A stretch of DNA of 35,963 bases from Candidatus Dojkabacteria bacterium UBA5209 (GTDB taxonomy: Bacteria; Patescibacteriota; Dojkabacteria; SC72), in assembly GCA_002412645.1 (NCBI GenBank), contig DHVL01000020.1, forward strand, positions 1-35,963, read 5' to 3'. Position numbers and translations under genes: made by a program. The notes beneath the pieces are model-generated. The model was not told where the DNA came from and did not search any database. It saw only the letters and a list, made by a program, of their open reading frames with translations. This document shows, piece by piece, positions 8,538 to 17,099 of the stretch (the first letter of the stretch is position 1; every line of letters begins with the position of its first letter).

Positions 8538-9634
8538 ACGAAATATTTAAACATATACTCCACTAATTCATCAGAACCTTTAATAGGAGAAATGTAGGGC
8601 TGTACCTTCTTACTTAACAGTCCCCCTATCTCCTTTTCCATTAAAGCATACTTATTACCAACATACACAAAATTAGGATTTCTGAGTAAGTAATCTACAT
8701 TACCCCACTCCTGATATCCTACAGGTCGAGTAAAGATTGCTTTCTTACCCATTTTCTCTATCTCAAGTAAAGTAGCTGGTCCAGGCTTAGCAATTACTAA
8801 ATCTGAGATAGCAAAAAGATCTAATATATTAGAAGTATATCCTTTTACTACAACATTACTACAACATTTAAATATTTCAGAAAGATCACTCTTTAACCCT
8901 TCATCTCTTCCAGTGAGGATAATAAACTGATAACCAGAAGATTTAACAAAAGATATTAAATTCTTCACAATCTCTCTAGTAGCTAATCCACAACCAGTAA
9001 TAAGAATTGTTGGGATATTTTCTTTGAAAGAATACTCTGTAAAAATTTCTCTCTTTAGTTTTACTACTTCCTCTTCACTGTACTTCTTAATACGTCTTAA
9101 AGGATAGTAACCAGAAATATACTTACACTTACTACAGTACTTACTCAATATCTCCTCTACTTCAGGAATAGGACAAAAAATTAAATCTGAATTAATATCA
9201 GCCCACCATCTAGAAACAGAAAGAAGATCTGGAACAGTAATTACATATCTAAAATCATATTTTTCTTTACACTTACTAAGCACTGTTGCAACAGGAGCAT
9301 TGTTACATATTACTAAATCAGGATCTTTCTCTTTTAGCATCTTTAATGTTGGTTTTACCAAATATACCGTATTAAAAAAGATAGCTATCCTATTAACAAC
9401 CCCACTCCTATCTATCAACCAATATCCAATATTAAAAAGCTTCTCCACCAACCTATACCTACTAACTAGGTAATAGAAGTAATCATAGTTTTGGGTAAAC
9501 TTAGAGAGTTTAAAAATATCTACAATTTCAATATCTAAGCAAGAGTCTTTTCTTAGAAGGGCTGATTTAATAGCATTTGCACAAGCAATATGTCCTCCTC
9601 CTGCATCCCCTATCGCTATCAATATCTTTTTCAT
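8534..9634 (-). CDS. Glycosyltransferase, GT28 / MGDG-synthase-like (diacylglycerol glycosyltransferase type)
   Basis: The N-terminus KKILIAIGDAGGGHIACANAIKSAL is typical of the MurG/MGDG-synthase fold. The C-terminal half has VIAKPGPATLLEIEKMGKKAIF. Its stop overlaps the helicase stop in a shared TTAA (8534..8537). Confidence 0.65.
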   Translation of the reverse strand: MKKILIAIGDAGGGHIACANAIKSALLRKDSCLDIEIVDIFKLSKFTQNYDYFYYLVSRYRLVEKLFNIGYWLIDRSGVVNRIAIFFNTVYLVKPTLKMLKEKDPDLVICNNAPVATVLSKCKEKYDFRYVITVPDLLSVSRWWADINSDLIFCPIPEVEEILSKYCSKCKYISGYYPLRRIKKYSEEEVVKLKREIFTEYSFKENIPTILITGCGLATREIVKNLISFVKSSGYQFIILTGRDEGLKSDLSEIFKCCSNVVVKGYTSNILDLFAISDLVIAKPGPATLLEIEKMGKKAIFTRPVGYQEWGNVDYLLRNPNFVYVGNKYALMEKEIGGLLSKKVQPYISPIKGSDELVEYMFKYFV

Positions 9635-9713
9635 ATCTATGAGAATTAGACCAAGAAAATCACTTTATTGCAAATATCTTAATATATTGATATGTACTGA
9701 ATATTTTGATTAA

Positions 9714-10304
9714 ATGTATTTAGTGATAACTGCCAATATACAAACGATTAAAAATATATTTAAATACACCTTTATATATACAATCCTAGGTATATACTTA
9801 CTTTGTAGTAAAGATATATATGCACAAGACATTCTTTACACACCACATCCTAATCTAGACTATATTGCTGTTAACAATGATGTCGTTGGTAAAGATCAAG
9901 AAGGATTCTTGAAGATATATAAACAGGATACTGTTAAGATTGCTGGTATTGGTTCTCCCAATGATACCGTTAAAATCTCTTTTGATGAGTATGAATATAC
10001 TGCTCATATGGATGAATATGGTAATTGGTTTGTAGTTTTCTCTGTGCAAGATTTAGAAAAAGGTAGCTACCCTGTCTCTATTCAGTTTAATGATGGTAAA
10101 CAGGAGCATCTTAATACTTTAGTCATACAAGGTGGTGATACTATGCAAGTTAGTGATTACAGTACTCCTCAGGAAGATACAGAAGAGGTTGTAGAAGAGA
10201 AAGAAGGTTTCAATACGATGTATATACCTATTGCGATATCAATTCCTGTTTTACTCGTTATTGGAGCTTTTAGTGGTATGTATATATCTAAGAGGAAGAA
10301 GTAG
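9714..10304 (+). CDS. Tail-anchored surface protein with one Ig-like domain
   Basis: Has a signal-like segment (YTILGIYLLCSKDIYAQ) and an Ig-like stretch VKIAGIGSPNDTVKISF...DEYGNWFVVFSV...GSYPVSIQF. An acidic linker follows, then a C-terminal TM helix plus KRKK. It sits immediately upstream of the giant gene with a 5-nt gap. Confidence 0.55.
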   Translation: MYLVITANIQTIKNIFKYTFIYTILGIYLLCSKDIYAQDILYTPHPNLDYIAVNNDVVGKDQEGFLKIYKQDTVKIAGIGSPNDTVKISFDEYEYTAHMDEYGNWFVVFSVQDLEKGSYPVSIQFNDGKQEHLNTLVIQGGDTMQVSDYSTPQEDTEEVVEEKEGFNTMYIPIAISIPVLLVIGAFSGMYISKRKK

Positions 10305-10309
10305 GGGTT

Positions 10310-13300
10310 ATGAATAAAAAGAAAGAAAATTTCTTGGTTTTAAAAATTGAGAGAAAAAAAATATTAAAATCTTTAGGAATAGTTCTCTTCGCGTTTTTCT
10401 TCTTTGGATATTTTGTTCTTGCCCAAAAAGATACAACACCTATTGCATATGCTGCTTGTAACTTAACATATTGTAAACAGCAGCCAAATGGTGCCTGTAC
10501 TGGTCCAAATGGATGCTTAGGAGATTGTCCTTGTGGAGGTAATCTCTACTGCTATTCGGGGTTTATATGTTGTGATAGGGGCCCTTGTATAAGCTGTGCG
10601 CCCCCCTCATGTGATGCTAATTATTCAGAAACATCAACCAGCTGTGGGTCATATAACGAAACATGTACAAAAAGGGATTGTCCAGGAGATGCTTGTGGTA
10701 CTAATACAAGAACCTGCTTCCTTGTTACCAAAACTGTTACATACAGTGCTAATGGGGGTAGTTGTAGTGTAGGTAGCCGTACTGTTTGTTACAATACCAC
10801 CTCTGCTTCTCCTGGCTGTACTAGAACAGGATACACATTAACTTCATATACACGTACATACCTAGAGTCAGGAGGAGGGGGAACCTTAAATACTTCTACA
10901 GGTGCCGTAACTAATGTTACTGGTCATCAAACAATACAGGCTAACTGGGCAATAAATACATATACAGTCTCATATCCTGGAAATGGAGGTACATGCGACC
11001 CAACATCTCGCGTAGTAAACTATGGCTCCGCTGCTGCTGCACCATCATGTACAAGAACGGGATATCATACAACAAGTTTTTCCATTACTAGTGGAGCTTG
11101 TGCTGGTACCTTCACTGCATCTACAGGAGCATGCAGTAGTGTTACACAAGCAATAACCATACAGCCTAACTGGGAATTAAGTAATCAAATACCAACTGCT
11201 CCAACAAATCTAAGAGTAGAAAATGCTGAAAATCCAGTAGGTATAACAGATACTACTCCAGAGTTTAAGGCTGAATTTCAAGACCCTGACATTGGAAATA
11301 CAGGTGTTTACTACCAAATACAAGTAAATACAAACTCTTCCTTTACTGGAACTACCATGTGGGACAGTGGTCAAACATCAATGCCTGCAACAGCGATAGG
11401 GGCATATAATAATCCTGACATAACATACGGTGCTACACCCCTTGCTCTAGATGGAGCTACCTACTACTGGAGGATTAGGTTTACAGACAACAATGGTGGT
11501 GTGGGAGCCTGGTCTGCTACTGCGAACTTTAAGATGAACAGTACACCTGGGCAACCATCAGGACTACAAGCAGAAGGAGCAAGCAACCCAATTGGCGTCA
11601 CAAATACAACACCCGAGTTTAGTGCAATTTTTAATGACTCAGATACAGGAGATACAGCCACTTACTATGAAATAGAGGTAAATACCAATTCCTCATTTAC
11701 TGGAACTGTAATGTGGGACAGTGGACAAACATCAATGACTGCTCTTGCAATTGGCTCTAGATCACCGGAGATCTCATATGCTGGAACAGCTTTAAGCTTA
11801 GATGGTACCACATACTACTGGAGAATTAGATTTACAGATAACAGAGGGACTGTAGGAGCTTGGTCTGCTACTGCTAACTTCACTATGAATACTCCGCCAT
11901 CAGCACCAACATCTCTACTTACTGAAGGAGTAAGTAATCCAACCAGAGTCATAGACACATATCCAGAATTTAGTGCAATATTTAATGACCCTAACGGAAG
12001 TGATACAGCAACAAAATATGATTTAGATGTAAATACCAATTCCTCCTTTACGGGAACAATGGTATGGAGTGCAAGTGATATACCAATGAGTGCAGTTTCC
12101 AATGGTGCTAGAACAGCAGATATCTCATATGCAGGTTCTACCCTTTCTTTAAATGGTACTACCTACTACTGGAGAATTAGATTTACTGACAATTACGGAA
12201 CTAAGGGAGTATGGTCTTCTACTGCTAATTTTAGAATGAATACACCTCCTAATGTACCAGGTTCGCTACAAACAGATGGGCAGATTAACCCAACGGGAAT
12301 TACCGATACAACTCCAATATTTAGTGCTCTACATACAGATCCAGATACAGATAGTGCAACACACTACCAAATACAAGTAAATACAAACTCTTCATTTACA
12401 GGGACTGTAATGTGGGAGAGTAACCAAACAGCAATGAGTACTACTGCGAACAACAGTAGAACTCCAGATATTACCTACAACGGTACTTCCCTTACCTTAG
12501 ACGGCTCTACCTACTACTGGAGAATGAGAGTATGGGACAGTAGTGGTACAGCAAGTGGATGGTCTGATACTGCTAACTTCCAAATGAATACAACTCCAGA
12601 TCAACCATATCAACTTCAAACAAACGGGTTAGAGGACCCTACTGCTTTACAAGATTTAACACCTGAATTTAGTGCAATATTTAATGATTCAGATATTTCT
12701 GATACAGCTACACATTACGAAGTAGAGGTTAATATAAATAATACATTTAGCGGAACTGTGATGTGGGATAGTAATAAGACGATATTTACTACTCCAGTAG
12801 TAAATGGAGGTAGAAGTGAACAGATACTGTACCAAGGAATACCATTAGAACAAAATGGTCAAACATTCTACTGGAGAATTAGATTGTGGGATTCAAATGA
12901 CACTCCAAGTGCATGGTCTCCTACTGCATCCTTTAGAATGTTAGATATTCCAGGAGCTGCTACAAATTTAACAGCAGTAGCTCTCTCTACCACATCAATA
13001 AGGTGGGAATTTGAGGATAATGCAACAGGAGAAGAGGGAGTAATGCTGTATGATGAAACAGATACTTTACAAAAAATCTGCATTGGTGAAAACCTTACCT
13101 TCTGTGTAGAAGAAAATCTAGATGAAAATACACAATATACAAGATATGCAGTTATTTACAACAGTGAAGCAGAAAGCCAACCATCTAATAGTGACAGTAT
13201 ATATACATTAATATCTACTCCTACACTACTTTTCTCTGGAGTAAAAACTGATACCTCAATTGGACTACTAAGTTCACAACCAGCAAACTCAGGAGAGCTT

Positions 13301-16300
13301 TACTTTGACTGTGTAGAAGGATGTGGAGACAATATTAATGTATGGACTTTAGACAATAATCCAACAGTTACTGCCTTACAAAACAACACCCCATATACCT
13401 TTAGAGTAAAAGCTAGAAATGGAGACAACGTAGAAAGTGCATACTCAGGCTCAACAATGATATATACCCAAACTCCAGTACCAACTCTTTCTGCAGGAGC
13501 TCTCTCTACTACATCAATCTCTCTTACTGCTTTGGGAGTAAACAATCTTTCTACAGGAGACTCTGGACTTTACTTTGAATGTACAGGTACAAGTTGTAAT
13601 AGTGGTATACAAGAATGGATTAAATCTACATCAGATGCAGTGATAGGTCTACAACCAAATACACAGTATACATTTAGAGTAAAAGCTAGAAACTTTGATG
13701 CTCAAGAAAGTGCTTACTCAACGGAGATAACAAAATATACACTAGCAGAGATACCATCACTTACCGATGTACACGCTACAAGCAGTACACAAATTTCTCT
13801 TAGAATATTAAGCGGCCTTAATCCATCTAATACAGAATTTTTAGTACAGGAAACAGTGACAGGTAAATACGTAAACCTAACAACAGGAGAACTACAACCT
13901 ACAGAAGATTGGCAATTAAATGGTACTCCCATTACAATCTCAGGACTTAATTCTGGTACCACATATACTTTCAAAGTAAAAGCTAGAAATGGAGAAAATA
14001 TTGAAAGTGACTTCTCCTCTTCTGCTTCTGCAACAACACTACTTTCATCAATTACAGCACTTACACCACAAGTAGATTCTAGTTCCCAAATTACTTGGAA
14101 GATATCTAGTCCTCAAGACAGTATCCTTGGAATTAAACTGTATGACAATGATGGGACTTTACTTAAAACATGTGTAGGAAGTGATATAACGGAGTGTACA
14201 GAGTCCTCTCTTTCTCCAAACACAACATATACAAGAAAATTTAGGGTATACAACAGTATTGCAGAGAGTGAATTTAGTAACAGTGTACCAGCAACTACAT
14301 TTGCTAATGTACCTGCTTTTGAAAGTATCTCTACTCAAGATTACACATCTGAGAGTGTTCTTTTGAAAGTAGATGTCAATGGTAATCCCTCTAATACTAC
14401 ATATTTAATTGTAGAAGAGAATACTAATAGATATTTCAATTCTGATATTGGGATATTACAAAATGATCCATACTACTCTACATATACTCAATTGGAAGAA
14501 AGTGAAGGAGCAACTGTGTACGGTCTCTCTCCAAACTCTGTTTACAGTTTTAAGATTAAGGCATTAAATTCTGATTCGGTAGAAAGTGCATACAGCTCGG
14601 CATTAGGATTTACTACTTTAGCAGCACAGCCAAGTGTAGTTTCTGTAAATGCAGTAGATAGTAGTAGCGTAAAAGTACTAATTAGTAATGGAGAGAACCA
14701 CTCTCTTACACAGTTTAGTCTAATTGAAACAAAGAGTAATCTTAATGTAAATAGTGGGACTAAGGTACTTGATACCAATGTACAATGGAAGCCATATCAA
14801 GACTTCGGTGGTAGTAGCGGTATAATACTTTCTAATCTACAACCTAATACACAATACTCATTCTGTGTAAAAGCAAGAAATTCTGAAAATATTGAAACAG
14901 GTTGTTCACAAGTAGTTTCTGCATATACATATGCTAAGAGTGCTTCACTAAGTACAAGAGTGGTTAACTCCTCAAGTATTGAAGTAAATGTAAACAAGAA
15001 TGGCAATCCTACAAATACTAGATATCAAATAATGGATACATTAACTAATGGGAATATTGATAACGATGGGAAATTTACAAGTAGTACAGTTTTACACAGT
15101 GACAGTAGAGTAAGTAGTAATTTCTTAATTACAAACTTACCTCCTAATACTACCTACTCCTTTAAGATTAGATCTGTTAACAGCGATACTTTGTATTCTG
15201 GATGGTCAGAGAATATCACAGTCACAACATGGGCAAATTCACCAAAAGACTTAGTTTTTGAAATAGTGGGAGGAAGTAGTGCAAGACTTAAGTTTGATAG
15301 GAATGGGAACCCATCTTCTACTAGATATGCAATACAAGAAAGTAATACTGGAAAATATGTAGACTACACAACCTCAAAATTGGTAGATAATGTGGTATGG
15401 GGTACATATACCTCTTGGGGTAATACTAATGGATTACTTATAACTTCACTTGATCCTGGGGCTCAATATCTATTTAGAATAAAGGCAATAAACAGTGCAA
15501 ATGTTGAAACAAACTTTGTAGAGGGTAATACAGGTAAAACATATTCGATAATATTGAATAAACCAGAGAGTATTAATACTGTATTAGCAGATAACACAAT
15601 TGTTGATGTAAGTAATATAGATGGAGCACAAACAGGAGAACAGAATATAAGAATCCTACAGGATGAATATATTGTTGCTGACATACCAATCTCTTTTGAA
15701 CAGAATAGAGATTGGAGTAATGTAATAATAGAGACTTCAATATTAGAAGGAAAAACTGTCATCAAATTAGATGATTCCCATGGTCTTACTGATAGCTTTA
15801 CAATGTATGTTGTAAAGAATGAAAAAGATAATAGCTTTAGAATATGCCCTCAAGCAAAGAGCTTGGAAGAAGTAAGTCCTACCTGTCCTCAAGGAGTCCT
15901 GTATACAGGAACTTTCCCAAAGAAATTAAAAGTTGAAAAAGAAGATGTGACAGTCTCACAAGCAGCAATCTCTGGAGTGACATACTGGATTGCGGATGGT
16001 ATTACAGGTACTGGGGGACAGGGAGAATATATTGAAGAGAGGAAACTAATTCCTACAACTAATTTTGTATCTCGTATTACTCAGTCTGTAGAAGGAGTTG
16101 TGACAACAGCCATGGACAGACTAGAAAATACAGCTTTAGGGAATATACCACAAGAGAATTTAACTACTGTTTCTGCAACAGCAACAGCAGTAACAGTTAC
16201 TGTTGGTTTAGCATCCCTACTCTCAGGTATGAGCCAAGTAGGATACGGTATCTCCCAGGTTGTTATCAATATTTTTAGTACTCTTGGTTTTAGAAGAAAG

Positions 16301-17068
16301 AGACATAGTGCGGGATATATATATGATTCAATTACAAGAGCACCAATACAGCAGGCAATAGTTAGAATATATGATCTTTCAAAGAAATTAATAGATACAA
16401 GTGTGACAGATGGATATGGATACTTTAGAACATCTGTACCTTCTGGAGAGTATATTTTGGATATTAAGAAAAGAGATTATACATTCCCATCATCTCTAAT
16501 ACTTGGCAAAGAGGATTACCCATTAACAGATATATATCATGGTGAAAAGATTTATATTAAAGAGGGAGATACGAATATTGTAGTACCTCTCGACCCAGAG
16601 ACAGATATTTCTACAAAGAGAATAGTTACAATATTTAGAAGTCTCTTTTCTTCTCTACTTCCAATATTAAACATTGTACTTTTTGTAGGAGGAGCATTAG
16701 TAGCTTTGTATGTATATCAGAAAGATAGTAATTTAGTAAATCTCTTAATCTTACTTCTTTACATACCTACTACATATCTTGTACTAAAAAATATCTTCAA
16801 CCTTAGGGAGAGATATGGGAAGGTAGAATATACAGATGGTAAACCAGCAGTAAACATCACTCTACATCTTAAAGAGAAAGACTTTGACAAGGTTGTAGCA
16901 AAAAGAGTTACAGATAGTAAGGGTAGATACTCTTTTGATATTTTGGAGAAGGGTGAATATGTAATAGAGAGTGCAGATACAGGGATAAAGATTGTAGATG
17001 GAGAAGTACAAATTCTTGCAAAGAAAAAAGAAAGTGTATATAATAGGCTTATAGTAGAGAAAGTATAG
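10310..17068 (+). CDS. Giant (2252 aa) multidomain surface/adhesin-like protein
   Basis: Uninterrupted ORF with an N-terminal signal anchor. A ~90-aa region holds more than 20 Cys. Two Listeria-Bacteroides-repeat-like units follow (TVTYSANGG...RTGYTL...IQANW and YTVSYPGNGG...RTGYHT...IQPNW). Then come five ~117-aa tandem repeats, about nine FN3-like domains (Y-[ST]-F-[RK]-[VI]-K-A-[RL]-N...ES.[YF]S), and a C-terminal TM/CarboxypepD_reg-like module. Confidence 0.9.
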   Translation: MNKKKENFLVLKIERKKILKSLGIVLFAFFFFGYFVLAQKDTTPIAYAACNLTYCKQQPNGACTGPNGCLGDCPCGGNLYCYSGFICCDRGPCISCAPPSCDANYSETSTSCGSYNETCTKRDCPGDACGTNTRTCFLVTKTVTYSANGGSCSVGSRTVCYNTTSASPGCTRTGYTLTSYTRTYLESGGGGTLNTSTGAVTNVTGHQTIQANWAINTYTVSYPGNGGTCDPTSRVVNYGSAAAAPSCTRTGYHTTSFSITSGACAGTFTASTGACSSVTQAITIQPNWELSNQIPTAPTNLRVENAENPVGITDTTPEFKAEFQDPDIGNTGVYYQIQVNTNSSFTGTTMWDSGQTSMPATAIGAYNNPDITYGATPLALDGATYYWRIRFTDNNGGVGAWSATANFKMNSTPGQPSGLQAEGASNPIGVTNTTPEFSAIFNDSDTGDTATYYEIEVNTNSSFTGTVMWDSGQTSMTALAIGSRSPEISYAGTALSLDGTTYYWRIRFTDNRGTVGAWSATANFTMNTPPSAPTSLLTEGVSNPTRVIDTYPEFSAIFNDPNGSDTATKYDLDVNTNSSFTGTMVWSASDIPMSAVSNGARTADISYAGSTLSLNGTTYYWRIRFTDNYGTKGVWSSTANFRMNTPPNVPGSLQTDGQINPTGITDTTPIFSALHTDPDTDSATHYQIQVNTNSSFTGTVMWESNQTAMSTTANNSRTPDITYNGTSLTLDGSTYYWRMRVWDSSGTASGWSDTANFQMNTTPDQPYQLQTNGLEDPTALQDLTPEFSAIFNDSDISDTATHYEVEVNINNTFSGTVMWDSNKTIFTTPVVNGGRSEQILYQGIPLEQNGQTFYWRIRLWDSNDTPSAWSPTASFRMLDIPGAATNLTAVALSTTSIRWEFEDNATGEEGVMLYDETDTLQKICIGENLTFCVEENLDENTQYTRYAVIYNSEAESQPSNSDSIYTLISTPTLLFSGVKTDTSIGLLSSQPANSGELYFDCVEGCGDNINVWTLDNNPTVTALQNNTPYTFRVKARNGDNVESAYSGSTMIYTQTPVPTLSAGALSTTSISLTALGVNNLSTGDSGLYFECTGTSCNSGIQEWIKSTSDAVIGLQPNTQYTFRVKARNFDAQESAYSTEITKYTLAEIPSLTDVHATSSTQISLRILSGLNPSNTEFLVQETVTGKYVNLTTGELQPTEDWQLNGTPITISGLNSGTTYTFKVKARNGENIESDFSSSASATTLLSSITALTPQVDSSSQITWKISSPQDSILGIKLYDNDGTLLKTCVGSDITECTESSLSPNTTYTRKFRVYNSIAESEFSNSVPATTFANVPAFESISTQDYTSESVLLKVDVNGNPSNTTYLIVEENTNRYFNSDIGILQNDPYYSTYTQLEESEGATVYGLSPNSVYSFKIKALNSDSVESAYSSALGFTTLAAQPSVVSVNAVDSSSVKVLISNGENHSLTQFSLIETKSNLNVNSGTKVLDTNVQWKPYQDFGGSSGIILSNLQPNTQYSFCVKARNSENIETGCSQVVSAYTYAKSASLSTRVVNSSSIEVNVNKNGNPTNTRYQIMDTLTNGNIDNDGKFTSSTVLHSDSRVSSNFLITNLPPNTTYSFKIRSVNSDTLYSGWSENITVTTWANSPKDLVFEIVGGSSARLKFDRNGNPSSTRYAIQESNTGKYVDYTTSKLVDNVVWGTYTSWGNTNGLLITSLDPGAQYLFRIKAINSANVETNFVEGNTGKTYSIILNKPESINTVLADNTIVDVSNIDGAQTGEQNIRILQDEYIVADIPISFEQNRDWSNVIIETSILEGKTVIKLDDSHGLTDSFTMYVVKNEKDNSFRICPQAKSLEEVSPTCPQGVLYTGTFPKKLKVEKEDVTVSQAAISGVTYWIADGITGTGGQGEYIEERKLIPTTNFVSRITQSVEGVVTTAMDRLENTALGNIPQENLTTVSATATAVTVTVGLASLLSGMSQVGYGISQVVINIFSTLGFRRKRHSAGYIYDSITRAPIQQAIVRIYDLSKKLIDTSVTDGYGYFRTSVPSGEYILDIKKRDYTFPSSLILGKEDYPLTDIYHGEKIYIKEGDTNIVVPLDPETDISTKRIVTIFRSLFSSLLPILNIVLFVGGALVALYVYQKDSNLVNLLILLLYIPTTYLVLKNIFNLRERYGKVEYTDGKPAVNITLHLKEKDFDKVVAKRVTDSKGRYSFDILEKGEYVIESADTGIKIVDGEVQILAKKKESVYNRLIVEKV
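11192..12940 (+). repeat. Five in-frame tandem repeats, period about 351 nt (~117 aa), inside the giant CDS
   Basis: The recurrent block is NP.G[IV]TDTTPEFSAIFND.D..DTAT.Y.[IV].VNTNSSFTGTVMWDSGQTSM...G.R.P.I.Y.G..L.LDG.TYYWRIRF.DN.G..GAWS.TANF.MNT.P. The YYWR codons recur near 11465, 11815, 12166, 12515 and 12870. Nucleotide identity is high enough that spurious antisense ORFs end in the same ...LLSVNLILQ. Confidence 0.9.
12941..15540 (+). repeat. Array of about nine divergent FN3-like domains inside the giant CDS
   Basis: The signatures are YTRYAVIYNSEAESQPS, YTFRVKARNGDNVESAYS, YTFRVKARNFDAQESAYS, YTFKVKARNGENIESDFS, YTRKFRVYNSIAESEFS, YSFKIKALNSDSVESAYS, YSFCVKARNSENIETGCS, YSFKIRSVNSDTLYSGWS and YLFRIKAINSANVETNF. 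They recur at spacings of roughly 90-100 aa. Confidence 0.8.
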
Positions 17069-17099
17069 TTAATCGTTAAACTCAACACATACTAAATAC

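Noticed and set aside
11464-16269. Numerous 60-100-aa minus-strand ORFs inside the giant gene (for example 11464..11661, 11815..12102, 12868..13083, 13300..13545, 15463..15765)
   Set aside because: They lie wholly antisense to a 6.7-kb ORF with strong domain signatures. Several share identical C-terminal peptides only because they sit in the nucleotide repeats. They carry no motifs.
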